A stretch of DNA of 40,988 nt from Planctomycetota bacterium (GTDB taxonomy: Bacteria; Planctomycetota; PUPC01; DSUN01): NCBI GenBank assembly GCA_016872855.1, contig VGYV01000003.1, positions 1 through 40,988 on the forward strand, read 5' to 3'. Made by a program: the position numbers and the translations under genes. Below are positions 10,881 to 20,482 of this stretch, in pieces; position 1 is the stretch's first letter; each line of letters begins with the position of its first letter. The notes below the pieces were generated by a model. The model saw only the letters and a program-made list of their open reading frames with translations. It was not told the origin of the DNA and did not search any database.

Positions 10881-12796
10881 GGTGGTGAACCCCTGACCAG
10901 GGTGTGGGCGGGGTGGGCCGCCGCGAGGTCAAGAGTGTACGTCACCGTGCCGTCGGGCGCTTCCGCCTGCCGGGTGAAGCCGAGGTGGTCATAGAGGTCC
11001 TTGACCGGGGTGTTCTTTGGTGTGGGGATGTACTCGCCCACGATGCGCCCGTAGCCCAGGTCGCGCGCCCGCGCGAGCAATTCGTTGAAGAAGAAGCCCT
11101 CGACCGTGCGGCCTATGACGCGGCAGCTCATGAGCCAGGTGTCCACGCGCAGCGTTGGGACTTCTTCGTATCGTCCTCGTCCCTCCTCCTCGTCCTCGAT
11201 TCTTCCTGGCTTGGCCGCTGCGTCGCAGGCGCCGAGAGTCGAGGACGAGGACGACGACGAGGACGAGGACGAGGACGATTGGGGAAGAGCGATCAGGACA
11301 GAGACGAGGCCGTGGTCGCCGAAACGGTCGGCCACGCGGAGTGTGAGTGCGATGGCGCCGGGGAGGGCGGCCAGGCGGCGAATCTCTTCGGGCGAGTGGC
11401 GGCGCGTGGTGAGATTGAACTGGTTGGTCTTGGCCACAAGCTGGGCGCAACGGGCGAGGCTCGCCTCGTCAATCGTGCCGACCTGGGCGCGCATGTCGAG
11501 CGAGCGGAGATAGTCGTCGGTCGAGGCGAACGCCTGCTTGGCCTCGCGGCGCTTCCGTTCCTGCTGGTACTGGCGCCCCCGCTCGGCATCCTCCTGGGTC
11601 AGGGCGACGGCCTCGAACCACAGGCCGGCCTGGAGCGCCCGCACGTATTCGGCGGGGTCGAGGGGGACCTCGACGACCTCGACCTCGGGCAGGGCCTGGC
11701 GTATCTGCTCCCGTTCGGCCGGATCGTCGTCGAAGAAGACGAAGCTATCGAGGCCGAGGCCAAGCGTATCCGCGATGCGGCGGAGCATGGCGGGCTTGGG
11801 TTCCCAGCCGGCCTCGAAGGCCGCGAAGTCGTCGAGCTTGAGCACCATGTCGGGGTTGGAGCGGAACGGCTCGCGGGCGTCGTCGGGGTTGTTCTTGGAG
11901 GCGACGGCGAGGAGGATGCCGCGCTGGGCGAGGCGTTTCACGTGGAACTGGAACGCGCGATGGGCCTCGCCCTCGGGGCTGTCGCCGAGCGCGACCCCGA
12001 GTGGCCCGGCCTCGCCCACGATGCCGCCCCAGAGCATGTTGTCGAGGTCGAGGACGAAGACCTTCTTCGGCCCGGTGTGGAGGGCGCGGAGGGCGGCCCA
12101 GAGGTGTTCGGCCAGGAGGCAGGCCCCGGCGTCGCTGAACGGCTGCTTCGTCCAGTGGTAGCGGCGCGGGTCGTAGAAGCGCTCGCGGCCCATCGTGCCC
12201 GAGACTTGCTCGAGGTCCACAAAGAACGCCCCTGCGGGCAGGTGTTGCCGGAGGGCGTCGTTGGCCTGGCGGATGAGGGCGACGTCGCCACCGAGGTGGT
12301 GGCCGAGGGGGCCGGGCGTGACCCAGTCGTAGCCGACCTGGACGATGCGCGCGCCGAAGCGCTCCGCCGCGAGCACCCAGGCGCTCTGCCAGAAGGGCAA
12401 TTCGTCGCTGCCGCCGAGCAGCCGCTGGTTCCAGGGCAGGAAGACGACGGCCTGTGGGCGGGGCGTCTCTGCCCCGCGCATGGCGGGGGCCATGGCGAGG
12501 TCCTGAAGGATGCTGTCGTAGCCGCCCTCGGCCACCTGGATGAGTGTCCCATGCCGCCAGGCGACAGCGGTTAGCGCGGGCGCGAGCCACGAGGTGGTGC
12601 ACTGGCCGAGGAGGAAGACGCGGAGGGCGGGCGCAATCCCTTCCGCCAGCTTGGCAATGAGGCTGCCGGCCCGCTCCACCTGGTCGGGCGCGAGCTGGCC
12701 GCGGCGCAGGGCCTCGCGGAGGAGGGCCAGCGCCTCATCGGCCTTGCCCTCCTTACGGAGCCGCCGCGCCTCTTTCAGCACGCTGTCTTCCGTCAT
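10850..12796 (-). CDS. fkbH: FkbH-like HAD-IIIC glyceryl-ACP transferase/phosphatase
   Basis: DLDNMLWGG, ASKNN, FFDDDPAER, KTNQFNLTTRR, DRFGDHG, LMSCRV. ATG at 12796 with GGAGG. Confidence 0.93.
   Translation of the reverse strand: MTEDSVLKEARRLRKEGKADEALALLREALRRGQLAPDQVERAGSLIAKLAEGIAPALRVFLLGQCTTSWLAPALTAVAWRHGTLIQVAEGGYDSILQDLAMAPAMRGAETPRPQAVVFLPWNQRLLGGSDELPFWQSAWVLAAERFGARIVQVGYDWVTPGPLGHHLGGDVALIRQANDALRQHLPAGAFFVDLEQVSGTMGRERFYDPRRYHWTKQPFSDAGACLLAEHLWAALRALHTGPKKVFVLDLDNMLWGGIVGEAGPLGVALGDSPEGEAHRAFQFHVKRLAQRGILLAVASKNNPDDAREPFRSNPDMVLKLDDFAAFEAGWEPKPAMLRRIADTLGLGLDSFVFFDDDPAEREQIRQALPEVEVVEVPLDPAEYVRALQAGLWFEAVALTQEDAERGRQYQQERKRREAKQAFASTDDYLRSLDMRAQVGTIDEASLARCAQLVAKTNQFNLTTRRHSPEEIRRLAALPGAIALTLRVADRFGDHGLVSVLIALPQSSSSSSSSSSSSSTLGACDAAAKPGRIEDEEEGRGRYEEVPTLRVDTWLMSCRVIGRTVEGFFFNELLARARDLGYGRIVGEYIPTPKNTPVKDLYDHLGFTRQAEAPDGTVTYTLDLAAAHPAHTLVRGSPPQPLSLPGRG
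11170..11279. repeat. Inverted hexamer array (TCGTCC/GGACGA), in-frame in fkbH
   Basis: tcgtcctcgtcc...tcctcga / tcgaggacgaggacgacgacgaggacgaggacgaggacga; encodes a poly-Ser run and IEDEEEGRGR. Confidence 0.88.
12453..12478. repeat. Single family B REP, in-frame in fkbH
   Basis: tgtgggcggggcgtctctgccccgcg, identical to the 7700 and 7742 copies; encodes RGAETPRPQ. Confidence 0.9.
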
Positions 12797-12814
12797 CTGC
12801 CCTCCGTGGCCGGC

Positions 12815-12875
12815 GTTCGTAGTGCGGCCTTCAGGCCGTATCCGGCGCATACGGGCTGAAGCCCGCACTCCGAAC
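12815..12875. repeat. Inverted REP doublet (family C), intergenic
   Basis: gttcgtagtgcggccttcaggccgta / tacgggctgaagcccgcactccgaac. Confidence 0.85.
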
Positions 12876-12887
12876 TTGTTCCTTCTC

Positions 12888-13289
12888 TCAGGCGCTCCTG
12901 GGCACGCGCTCGACCAGTTCCACGATCACGCCGCGGGTGTAGACGGGGGGGACGAAGTTGATGCGGAGCTCGCCCGCCTCGACGGCGGCCCCTTCGAGCA
13001 GCTCGACCCCCGCCGCCCGCAGCTCGCGGCTGCGGGCCGCAAGGTCGTCCACCTCGATGGCGATGTGATGCAGGCCGCCGAGCCCCTTGCTGAACCCCGC
13101 GAGCTTGCCGCCGCGAGGGATGATGAACTCGATGCCGGCGCCGGAGCCTTGGGTGAAGACGCATTCGGCCTCATATTCGGGCACGAACTGGCGGTGGCCC
13201 TCCCCAAGACCCAGGACGGAGAGGAGGAGGGCGAGCTGCGCCTCGTCCCGCACGATGATCCCGACATGGTGAAGCCTGGCGTTGCCCAT
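12888..13289 (-). CDS. VOC-family protein (methylmalonyl-CoA epimerase-like)
   Basis: LHHVGI, IEFI, GLHHIAIEVDDL and VELVE metal-ligand pattern. Confidence 0.85.
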   Translation of the reverse strand: MGNARLHHVGIIVRDEAQLALLLSVLGLGEGHRQFVPEYEAECVFTQGSGAGIEFIIPRGGKLAGFSKGLGGLHHIAIEVDDLAARSRELRAAGVELLEGAAVEAGELRINFVPPVYTRGVIVELVERVPRSA

Positions 13290-13300
13290 TCGCGTGCTCT

Positions 13301-13360
13301 TGTGGCGACAAGCGTCCCGCTTGTCGGCCAACCGACCGCAACCGGGACGGTTGCGGCTAC
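13301..13360. repeat. Inverted REP doublet with GTGG/GTAG leaders, intergenic
   Basis: gtggcgacaagcgtcccgcttgtcg and (minus strand) gtagccgcaaccgtcccggttgcgg; the GTAG supplies the ACP stop codon. Confidence 0.85.
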
Positions 13361-13593
13361 GTCAGGCGGCGTTCGATCAGCGCAGAGAGTTCGCCAACGG
13401 TCTTGAAGCTGCCGACCTCGGAGCTGCGGAACGTGACGCCGAACTCGTTCTCGACGGCCACCACGAGCGACACGTGGCGGAGGGAGTCCCACCCCTCGAT
13501 GTCCTTGGGCGAGGTCGCAGGGGACACCGCCAGCTCGTCGTCCTCGAACACGTCGCGGAAGACGGCGTTCAGCCGCTCAAGGACATCGCTCAC
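13357..13593 (-). CDS. Acyl carrier protein
   Basis: 78 aa with the GWDSL phosphopantetheine motif, VENEFGV and TVGEL. GTG start after AGGAG. Confidence 0.92.
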   Translation of the reverse strand: MSDVLERLNAVFRDVFEDDELAVSPATSPKDIEGWDSLRHVSLVVAVENEFGVTFRSSEVGSFKTVGELSALIERRLT

Positions 13594-13636
13594 GCGCTGG
13601 CTCCTGCTCGCCACGGTCGCCGTCTGACTGGCAAGA

Positions 13637-13665
13637 AGCCTACCATCGGGGGCGTCACGTGTCAA
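13637..13665 (-). promoter_or_regulatory. sigma70-type promoter for the ACP-VOC-fkbH operon
   Basis: TTGACA-17 nt-TAGGCT with an extended TG; shares flanks with 4325-4353. Confidence 0.7.
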
Positions 13666-13923
13666 ACGGAGGGGGCACTGCTGGCCGTCAAGGTGTTCAC
13701 CTCGCCCCTCCCGCGAGGGCAGGTGAGCACCTTGCCGCCGTCTCCCCGTCGCGGCGCTGCGCGATACATGTGCCTGTTATTACGAGGCTTATGGTGAGCC
13801 ATCTGTCGCGGAGGCCAGGCCGCTTCAAGTTGTTCACCCCGTGTGTCACGCGCTGAACATCTTGACTATCTCGAGCGCCGCGACGGATGGCAAGGCTCGC
13901 GCCGCGGCGGCGCCGGGGTCAGG

Positions 13924-13952
13924 TTGCGGAGGGGCGGGGTGTGGATTATACT
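13924..13952 (+). promoter_or_regulatory. sigma70-type promoter for the GT4 operon
   Basis: TTGCGG-17 nt-TATACT. Confidence 0.6.
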
Positions 13953-13999
13953 TTGTCTGCCGTTGCGCCCCCCGCCCCAAGCGGCCACATGAGGTGCTC

Positions 14000-15256
14000 A
14001 TGCGCGTCCTGGTCTTGGCGAGCCTCTATCCCCACGCGCAGAACGAGACTCTGGGCCTCTCGACGCATCGCCGCACGGTGGAGCTGGCGAAGCTGTGCCC
14101 CGTGAAGGTCGTGGCCCTCACGGGGTGCCCCGACCTGCCCGAGCGGGAGGTGTACGGGGGCGTGGAGGTGCTGCGGCCCCGCTGGCGGCGGGTGCCGAAG
14201 CTGGGGGTGTTCCTCGACGGCTATCGCTATGCGGCACGCGTTGCCCGGGTCGTGGGCGCCAGGTCGCGGGGCAGGGACGCCCCGCCTACAGTATCACGGG
14301 ACGGGGACGTCCCGCCTACAACGGGCATTGACTTCGACGTGATTGACGCCCATTGGCTCTACCCCGACGCCTTCGCGGCCGTGCGGCTGGGGCGGCGGCT
14401 CGGCAAGCCCGTGGTGGTGACGGGGCGGGGGAGCGACGTGGATGAGTTCCTCCTCCGCTGGCCGGTGCGGGTTTTCGCCCGCGCGGCGCTGCGCGGGGCG
14501 GAGCAGCTCGTGGCCCTCACGCGCCGCCACAAGGAGAGGATGGCCGCGGCGGGCGCGGCGGCGGAACGCATCGCGGTCATCCCCAATGGCGTGGACACCT
14601 CGCTCTTTTGCCCGGGCGACCGTGCCGAGGCGCGGCGGGCGCTTGGCCTGCCGCCCGACGGTGTGGTGCTCCTCTCGGCTGGCAGCATCGTCCACGACAA
14701 GGGCTACCACCACCTCATCGCGGGCTCTGCCCGCCTCGCACAGGCTGGAAGCCTGTGCCACCGCCAGCGTGAGGAGGGTGGCACAGGCATCTTGCCTGTG
14801 GCGGCCGGGCGGCTGTTCATTGCGGGGCCGGGGGATTACCGTGGGGCGCTGGAGCGGCTTGCCCGTGAGTGCGGCGTGGCGGAGCGGGTGTCGTTCTTGG
14901 GCCGCGTGGCGCAGACGCAGATGCCGCTATGGTATCGCGCGGCGGACCTCTTCTGCTTCGGGAGCTATCACGAGGGCTGCCCGAACGCCATCCTGGAGGC
15001 CCTGGCGTGCGGCACGCCAGTCGTCTCGACCGACGTCGGCGGCATCCCCGATCTCGTCGAGGAAGGGCGCTCGGGCGTCCTCTTCAAGCCGCGTTCCGAC
15101 GAGGCATTCGCTGCCGCCCTACGCACCGCGCTCGCGCGGCCCTGGGACCGGGCCGAGATTGCCGCCCTGGGCGCCCGACGCTCCTGGGCGCACGTGGCCG
15201 CCGAATACCTTGCTCTGTTCAAGCAGGTGTTGGCGCGGCAATCTGGGAGGGGATGA
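14000..15256 (+). CDS. Glycosyltransferase family 4 (GT-B) with two in-frame REP doublets
   Basis: DVIDAHWLYPD, GSDV, IPNGVD, KG, EGCPNAILEALACG. ATG after GAGGTG. Confidence 0.92.
   Translation: MRVLVLASLYPHAQNETLGLSTHRRTVELAKLCPVKVVALTGCPDLPEREVYGGVEVLRPRWRRVPKLGVFLDGYRYAARVARVVGARSRGRDAPPTVSRDGDVPPTTGIDFDVIDAHWLYPDAFAAVRLGRRLGKPVVVTGRGSDVDEFLLRWPVRVFARAALRGAEQLVALTRRHKERMAAAGAAAERIAVIPNGVDTSLFCPGDRAEARRALGLPPDGVVLLSAGSIVHDKGYHHLIAGSARLAQAGSLCHRQREEGGTGILPVAAGRLFIAGPGDYRGALERLARECGVAERVSFLGRVAQTQMPLWYRAADLFCFGSYHEGCPNAILEALACGTPVVSTDVGGIPDLVEEGRSGVLFKPRSDEAFAAALRTALARPWDRAEIAALGARRSWAHVAAEYLALFKQVLARQSGRG
14265..14320. repeat. Tandem family B REPs, in-frame
   Basis: cgcggggcagggacgccccgcctaca and cacgggacggggacgtcccgcctaca; encodes SRGRDAPPTVSRDGDVPPT. 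Confidence 0.85.
14738..14800. repeat. Inverted family A REP doublet, in-frame
   Basis: gcacaggctggaagcctgtgccacc / ggtggcacaggcatcttgcctgtg; encodes AQAGSLCH...GGTGILPV. Confidence 0.88.
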
Positions 15257-15335
15257 TTGGATGAATGGATGACTGGATGGGTGACCGAGAAGCCTAGTCT
15301 CCTCTCATTCATCCATTCATCCACCCATCCATTCA
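15251..15335. repeat. Inverted octamer array (GGATGAAT / ATTCATCC), intergenic
   Basis: Four units, a spacer, then reverse-complement units; also at 17514-17598 and 25579-25666. Confidence 0.88.
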
Positions 15336-15375
15336 CCCCCGCCCGGGGTCACAAGCTGGGCTGAGGAAGATAGGC

Positions 15376-16416
15376 GTGGGGAAGACCGTGCTGCTCCTGA
15401 CCGTTGACACCGAGTCGTCCATGGCCGGCGTGCGCCCGCTGCCGCCCGAGGCGATGGTGTGGGGGCGGGTGGGCGGCGGCACGTGGGGCATCGAGCGGCT
15501 GATGGACGCCTTCGACGCCCGTGGCTTCAAGGCGACATTCTTCGTGAGCACGCTGGAGGAACTGCACCACGGCGAAGAACACGTGAAACGCATCTGCTCG
15601 GCCATCCTGGGCCGCGGCCACGACGCACAGCTCCACCTCCACCCCAACTGGTGGAAGGGCGATTTCGCCCGCAAGCACCTCACCGACTACTCGCTTGACG
15701 AACAGACCGGGCTTGTTCGCCTCGCCACAGAGGCATATCGCCGCGCCTGCGGCACCGAGCCCATCGCCCATCGCGCGGGGGGGTTGCTCGTGAATGCCGA
15801 TACGTTCCGCGCCCTTTCATGGAACAGCATCCGCGTGGACGCCTCGGTCGCCATCGGCCATATTCCCTACGACCTCGGTGAGGGGGTGGAGCCACCCAAC
15901 GTCCCCCGCCGCCTCGGGCCGATCGTCGAGGTGCCTGTCACCACGTTCGCCCAGGTGCGCCTTGGCCCCTGGGCGCCCCGGCGGCACTTCGACCTCAATG
16001 CCGATTCGCTTTCGGAGCTGGAGTGGGTGGTGGACCGCGCGGCGGAGCAAGGCGCGGCAGCGGTGTGCCTGCTGATGCACAGCTTTTCGCTCATTCGCCG
16101 GGACCGAGAAGGAACTGACTTCTGGCCGGCGGAGGCCGAATGCCGCAAACTTGAGCGATTTCTCGACTATATTGCGGCTCGCGGCGACGTGGAGGCCGTG
16201 ACCTTTCGGGAGCTTGCCCGCCGCGTCGAGGCCGAGCCATCGCTCCTCGATGGGCCGGAGTTCGATGCGACGGCAGGCATCTTCCGCACGTGGCGGCGGA
16301 GCTGCGAGCGCTTCGGCGCGGGCTGGAAGAGCAAGGCATTCGCCGTGGGCCTCCCCCTCGGGCTGGCGGCCCTCGCGGCGCTGGCGATAGGAGCGCTCTG
16401 GTGGCTGATGTCCTGA
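15376..16416 (+). CDS. Polysaccharide deacetylase (WalW/WbmS-like CE4)
   Basis: TVDTE, ATFF, LHLHP, HRAGG, LMHS; C-terminal TM helix. Confidence 0.85.
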   Translation: MGKTVLLLTVDTESSMAGVRPLPPEAMVWGRVGGGTWGIERLMDAFDARGFKATFFVSTLEELHHGEEHVKRICSAILGRGHDAQLHLHPNWWKGDFARKHLTDYSLDEQTGLVRLATEAYRRACGTEPIAHRAGGLLVNADTFRALSWNSIRVDASVAIGHIPYDLGEGVEPPNVPRRLGPIVEVPVTTFAQVRLGPWAPRRHFDLNADSLSELEWVVDRAAEQGAAAVCLLMHSFSLIRRDREGTDFWPAEAECRKLERFLDYIAARGDVEAVTFRELARRVEAEPSLLDGPEFDATAGIFRTWRRSCERFGAGWKSKAFAVGLPLGLAALAALAIGALWWLMS

Positions 16417-17519
16417 AGCTCGCCGCGCGGCAGGCCGCGGCCTCCCTGGCGATGCGTTCCCGCCTCTGGCCGATGGTGCCGAAGGGCCGGGCTATCGTCC
16501 TCCGCTATCACCGCATTAGCGCCGAGCCGCGAGCCGCGAGCCACGAGCCACGAGCCTCTCTTCTCCAAGCTCGAAGCTCGAAGCTCGTGGCTCGAAGCTC
16601 CTCTCTCCCCTTGTCGCTGCCCGCCGAGGAGTTCGACGCCCAGCTAGCCTTCCTCGCCTCCCATTGCCAGGTGGTCAGCGCGGCGGAGATCGCGCAGGCG
16701 GCCGCCGAGGGGCATGATCTGCCTCCCGACGCCGTTGCCATCACGTTCGACGACGGCTACGAGGACAACGCCTCGGTCGCCCTCCCGCTCCTCCAGCGCC
16801 ACGGCCTGCGAGCAACCTTCTTCATCGCCGCCGGCTGGATCGGGACGAAGAACGTCCTCTGGTGGGACCGGCTGCACGACTACATTCGCCAGGCGGCCGA
16901 GCTGGGGGCTCAGCCGGTGGACTACCAGGGCCTCCCCAAGCCGCTCATCGCCGCACTCGATGCCGCCGACCTGCGGAGCCCGGGAGGCGCGGCGCAGCTC
17001 GAACGCGCCCTCGTCACCATCCTGGGCAGCATGCCAGTCCCCCCCGAGGAGACCGAGCACCTCGTCGAGAGCGTCGCCGCCGCCTTGGGCGCCGACATGG
17101 CCGACCCCGAGCCCTATCGCCCAATGTCCTGGGACCAGGTGCGCGAGCTGCACAAGGCGGGCATGGAGATCGGCTCCCACACCGTGTCCCACGCACGCCT
17201 GGCCCATGTCCCCGCGGAGAGGGCCTACGAGCAGCTCGAGCAGTCCAAGCAGGCCATCCAGCGGGAGCTTGGCGCCCCCGTGTCGCTCCTGGCCTACCCT
17301 GCGGGCAGCCACAACCAGGATGTGGTTGACCTCGCGGTGGAGGCGGGCTACCGGGCGGCCTTCACCACGGAGAGCGGCCCGGTCGCCCCCGGCGACGACC
17401 CGTTCCGCCTCCGCCGCATCGGCGTCGGCGCAGGAGCCTACCGCGGCGCCTTCTGCGGCTTCTCGCCATCGGTGTTTGGCCTTCAGCTTGGGCGCCTCGC
17501 GCGCAAGCGTGGGGGATGA
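16401..17519 (+). CDS. NodB-type polysaccharide deacetylase
   Basis: LRYHRI, TFDDGY, ATFF, GSHTVSH, AYPAG. GTG at 16401 after AGGAG (start uncertain). Confidence 0.88.
   Translation: MADVLKLAARQAAASLAMRSRLWPMVPKGRAIVLRYHRISAEPRAASHEPRASLLQARSSKLVARSSSLPLSLPAEEFDAQLAFLASHCQVVSAAEIAQAAAEGHDLPPDAVAITFDDGYEDNASVALPLLQRHGLRATFFIAAGWIGTKNVLWWDRLHDYIRQAAELGAQPVDYQGLPKPLIAALDAADLRSPGGAAQLERALVTILGSMPVPPEETEHLVESVAAALGADMADPEPYRPMSWDQVRELHKAGMEIGSHTVSHARLAHVPAERAYEQLEQSKQAIQRELGAPVSLLAYPAGSHNQDVVDLAVEAGYRAAFTTESGPVAPGDDPFRLRRIGVGAGAYRGAFCGFSPSVFGLQLGRLARKRGG
16523..16600. repeat. Inverted heptamer arrays (CGAGCCR / AAGCTCG), in-frame
   Basis: cgagccg x2, cgagcca x2 ... aagctcg x3, tggctcg; encodes EPRAASHEPRAS...ARSSKLVARSS. 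Confidence 0.85.
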
Positions 17520-17598
17520 CTGGATGATTGGATGGGTGGATGAATGCCAGAACGGGCCGGCCCTGCATCCATCCATTCATCCACTCATCCTTTCATCC
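17514..17598. repeat. Inverted octamer array, intergenic
   Basis: ggatgact ggatgatt ggatgggt ggatgaat / catccatccattcatccactcatcc. Confidence 0.88.
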
Positions 17599-17630
17599 TC
17601 CTGTCCCGTGTCACCAAGCTCTAAGCTGGG

Positions 17631-18662
17631 GTGCCGTTCTTGCCTAGAGTCAGCGTCGTAATCCCCGCCTTCAACGCCGAGCGGTATCTCCGCGTAACGC
17701 TGGAGTCCGTCCTGGCCCAAACGTATCGGGACTTCGAGGTTGTGGTGGTGGATGACGGGTCGAGCGATGGGACGGCGGAGCTGGCGGCTGGCTTCGGCGA
17801 GCCCGTGCGTGTCATCCGCCAGGCCAACGCCGGGCCGTCCGCCGCCCGCAACCACGGCATCCGAGAGGCACGCGGCGACCTCGTCGCTTTCATTGACTCC
17901 GACGACCTGTGGCTGCCGGAGAAGCTGGCCGAGCAGGTGCCACTGTTTGAGGAGGAAAAGGGGACAGGCTCCTTTTTCGCTCGGGAAAAAGGTGCCTGTC
18001 CCCTTTTCCGAGTGGGCCTGGCCTACTGCCACGCCGAGCGAATGGACGCGGATGGGCGGCCGCTGCCGACGGCCCAGGCGCCGAAGCCGGTCGGGCATGT
18101 CTTCAGGGACTTCCTGCTTCGGAACCACTGTCCGACCTCGGCTGCGGTGATCCGCCGCGAGTGCTTCGAGCAGTGCGGCTACCTGCCCGAGGACATGGTG
18201 TGGGCCGAGGACTGGCACCTGTGGCTGCGCATCGCCCGACGTTACGACTTCGCCGCCGTCCCGCGCGTCCTCGTGCGCCATCGCGTCCATCCCGGAGCGC
18301 TCACGAAGCACATCGAGAAAGCCTACTTGGGCGCACGCCGCGTGCTCGAGACCGCGCTGGAGCCACGCGACCCGCCGGAGCTGCGCGCCTTGCGGCGAAG
18401 CGGCCTCCACCGCCTCGACCGCAACCAGGCGCTCAACCTGTTGGCCCTGGGCGAGACGCGTGCGGCCTGCCGCTGCTTCCGCCGGGCCATCGGCAACGGG
18501 CCAGGCGACCCCCACGCCTGGGCGGGACACCTGTTGGCGCTCTTGCCGGGCTTTGCGCGGCGGCCCCTGATGCGCGCCTGGAAGCGCCGCGTGCCCTGGG
18601 TGCCCTGGGCCGCCGACGGCCGGGCCGAAGCCCGAAGGTGGATGGATGGTGCAGGCGACTAA
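17631..18662 (+). CDS. Glycosyltransferase family 2
   Basis: [35 protein letters not shown]. Confidence 0.92.
   Translation: MPFLPRVSVVIPAFNAERYLRVTLESVLAQTYRDFEVVVVDDGSSDGTAELAAGFGEPVRVIRQANAGPSAARNHGIREARGDLVAFIDSDDLWLPEKLAEQVPLFEEEKGTGSFFAREKGACPLFRVGLAYCHAERMDADGRPLPTAQAPKPVGHVFRDFLLRNHCPTSAAVIRRECFEQCGYLPEDMVWAEDWHLWLRIARRYDFAAVPRVLVRHRVHPGALTKHIEKAYLGARRVLETALEPRDPPELRALRRSGLHRLDRNQALNLLALGETRAACRCFRRAIGNGPGDPHAWAGHLLALLPGFARRPLMRAWKRRVPWVPWAADGRAEARRWMDGAGD
17954..18009. repeat. Inverted family G doublet (AAAAGGGGACAGGC), in-frame
   Basis: ggaaaaggggacaggctcctttttc / gaaaaaggtgcctgtccccttttcc; encodes [18 protein letters not shown]. Confidence 0.88.
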
Positions 18663-19623
18663 GAACGCCGTGAAGGCCGCCTACAGCGGGGCGCTCTGGC
18701 ACTCCGGAGCGCTCGCCGCGTGGCTGCGGGTGCGCCCCGGCCGCTGCCGGCCGTGGATTCTCAACTACCACCACATCGCCCCCGCCGCGTTCGAGGACCA
18801 CCTCCGCTGCCTCGTCCGCCGCTACCGCATCGTCACCCTCGATGCCTGCGTGGCGGCTCTGGCCAGCGGCGAGCCGCTGCCGCCCAATGCCGTGGCCATC
18901 ACGTTCGACGACGGCTACCAACAGGTCTACACCGAGCTGTTCCCCTTGCTGGCCAAGTATGAGGCCCCAGCGACCGTCTTCGTGCCCACGACGCCCGTGG
19001 ATACGGAACAGCTCCTCTGGTTCAACACAGTGAAGGGTTGGGTCTACAACAAGTACGCCAAGGAAGGGGCCTCTCTGCGGCTCGGCGACCAAGAGTTCCC
19101 ACTGAGCGGGGGTCCCGAAACCGCTTACGTCGCTGTCATGCGGCACCTCAATACCCTGAGCGTCCGTCAGCGCGACGCGGTGCTCGCCACGCGCCTGGAA
19201 GACGAGGGTACGGTGCTGTACAAGTTCCTGGATTGGTACCGCCCGCTCACCTGGGACCAGATGCGCGCGATGCAGGGGCTGGTGACGTTCGGCGGCCACA
19301 CGCGGACGCACCCCTGGCTGAGCCGCCTGTCGCGCGCGGAGGCGGAGGACGAGATTCTCGGCTCGAAGGCCCGCCTCGAGGAGATGCTGGGCACGCCCGT
19401 GCGCCACTTCGCCTATCCCTTCGGCTCGCCCGATTCGTTCACGGAGGAGACGGTCGAGGTCCTCAAGGCGGGCGGATTCGTGAGCGCGGCGACGACCAGT
19501 CGCGGGCCGTGCAGGGCGGGCGTGTCGCCATTCGCCCTGCCGCGCATCCTCTTCGATGGCAGCGTGGGCGGCAAGGCCGTCGCCGCGCGCTTGAGCGGAC
19601 TCTGGCTCTTCGTCTCCACGTGA
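18646..19623 (+). CDS. NodB-type polysaccharide deacetylase
   Basis: ILNYH, TFDDGY, GGHTRTH, FAYPFG. Confidence 0.9.
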   Translation: MVQATKNAVKAAYSGALWHSGALAAWLRVRPGRCRPWILNYHHIAPAAFEDHLRCLVRRYRIVTLDACVAALASGEPLPPNAVAITFDDGYQQVYTELFPLLAKYEAPATVFVPTTPVDTEQLLWFNTVKGWVYNKYAKEGASLRLGDQEFPLSGGPETAYVAVMRHLNTLSVRQRDAVLATRLEDEGTVLYKFLDWYRPLTWDQMRAMQGLVTFGGHTRTHPWLSRLSRAEAEDEILGSKARLEEMLGTPVRHFAYPFGSPDSFTEETVEVLKAGGFVSAATTSRGPCRAGVSPFALPRILFDGSVGGKAVAARLSGLWLFVST

Positions 19624-19657
19624 GGCAAAGGGCCGGGACAAATGGTACAATGCTAGC

Positions 19658-20482
19658 ATGAGCCAGAAGGCCGCGGTTGTTGAGCACTTTGACCGCTTTG
19701 CGGCGGACGACCGCTGGTCGAGCCTGTACGACGAGATCCGCGACCCGCTGGCCGCCCACAGCTTCCTGATGCGCAAGCGGCGGGTCGAAGAGCTGTCCGA
19801 GTCGCTCGTGGGGCCGGGTTCGCTGGTACTCGACGTGGGCTGCGGCACGGGCCTCAGCGCCCCCTTCTACATCGAGAAGGGCTGCCACTACCAGGGAGTT
19901 GACATCGCGGAGAAGATGATCGAGCAGGCGAGGGCCAAGGTGCAGGATGAGCGGGCCGCCTTCGCCGTGGGCGACGTCGAGGCCGGCCTCGCCTTCCCTG
20001 ACGGGCATTTCGACCTCGTCATCGGCCTCGGGCTGCTCGAGTACCTCGACAAGCTGGACGCCGCGCTCGACGAGCTGGTGCGGGTGACGCGCCCCGGCGG
20101 GAGTCTCATTCTCACGGTGCCGAACCGCAACTGCGTGAACTATTTCACGACCCGCGTCCTCGGCCCCGTCGTGTCGAGCGCCTGGTGGCTCGTCAAGCGC
20201 CTGCTGCGCCGGCCCGTCGAGAAGCACGGTGTCTACCATCGCCGCGTCACCGCGGCCCGCTTCGGCCAGTGGCTCGCCGACCGCGGCTGCGCGAAGACGG
20301 GGCAGGCCTACTACAATCTGGAGGTGCTCTTCTACCCGCTGCACCGCATCTGCCCCAGGCTGGCCTACGCCGTCAAGCGCCGCGCCGAGCGCCGCCACGA
20401 CAGTTGGATGCACATCTTCGCCACGGGCTACATCCTCCGCTGCCAGAAGGGTGGGGGAGGGGAGGGAGGCGGCGGTGCCTGA
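19658..20482 (+). CDS. Class I SAM-dependent methyltransferase
   Basis: VLDVGCGTG, GVDIAEKM, FDLV, RVTRPGG. Confidence 0.9.
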   Translation: MSQKAAVVEHFDRFAADDRWSSLYDEIRDPLAAHSFLMRKRRVEELSESLVGPGSLVLDVGCGTGLSAPFYIEKGCHYQGVDIAEKMIEQARAKVQDERAAFAVGDVEAGLAFPDGHFDLVIGLGLLEYLDKLDAALDELVRVTRPGGSLILTVPNRNCVNYFTTRVLGPVVSSAWWLVKRLLRRPVEKHGVYHRRVTAARFGQWLADRGCAKTGQAYYNLEVLFYPLHRICPRLAYAVKRRAERRHDSWMHIFATGYILRCQKGGGGEGGGGA

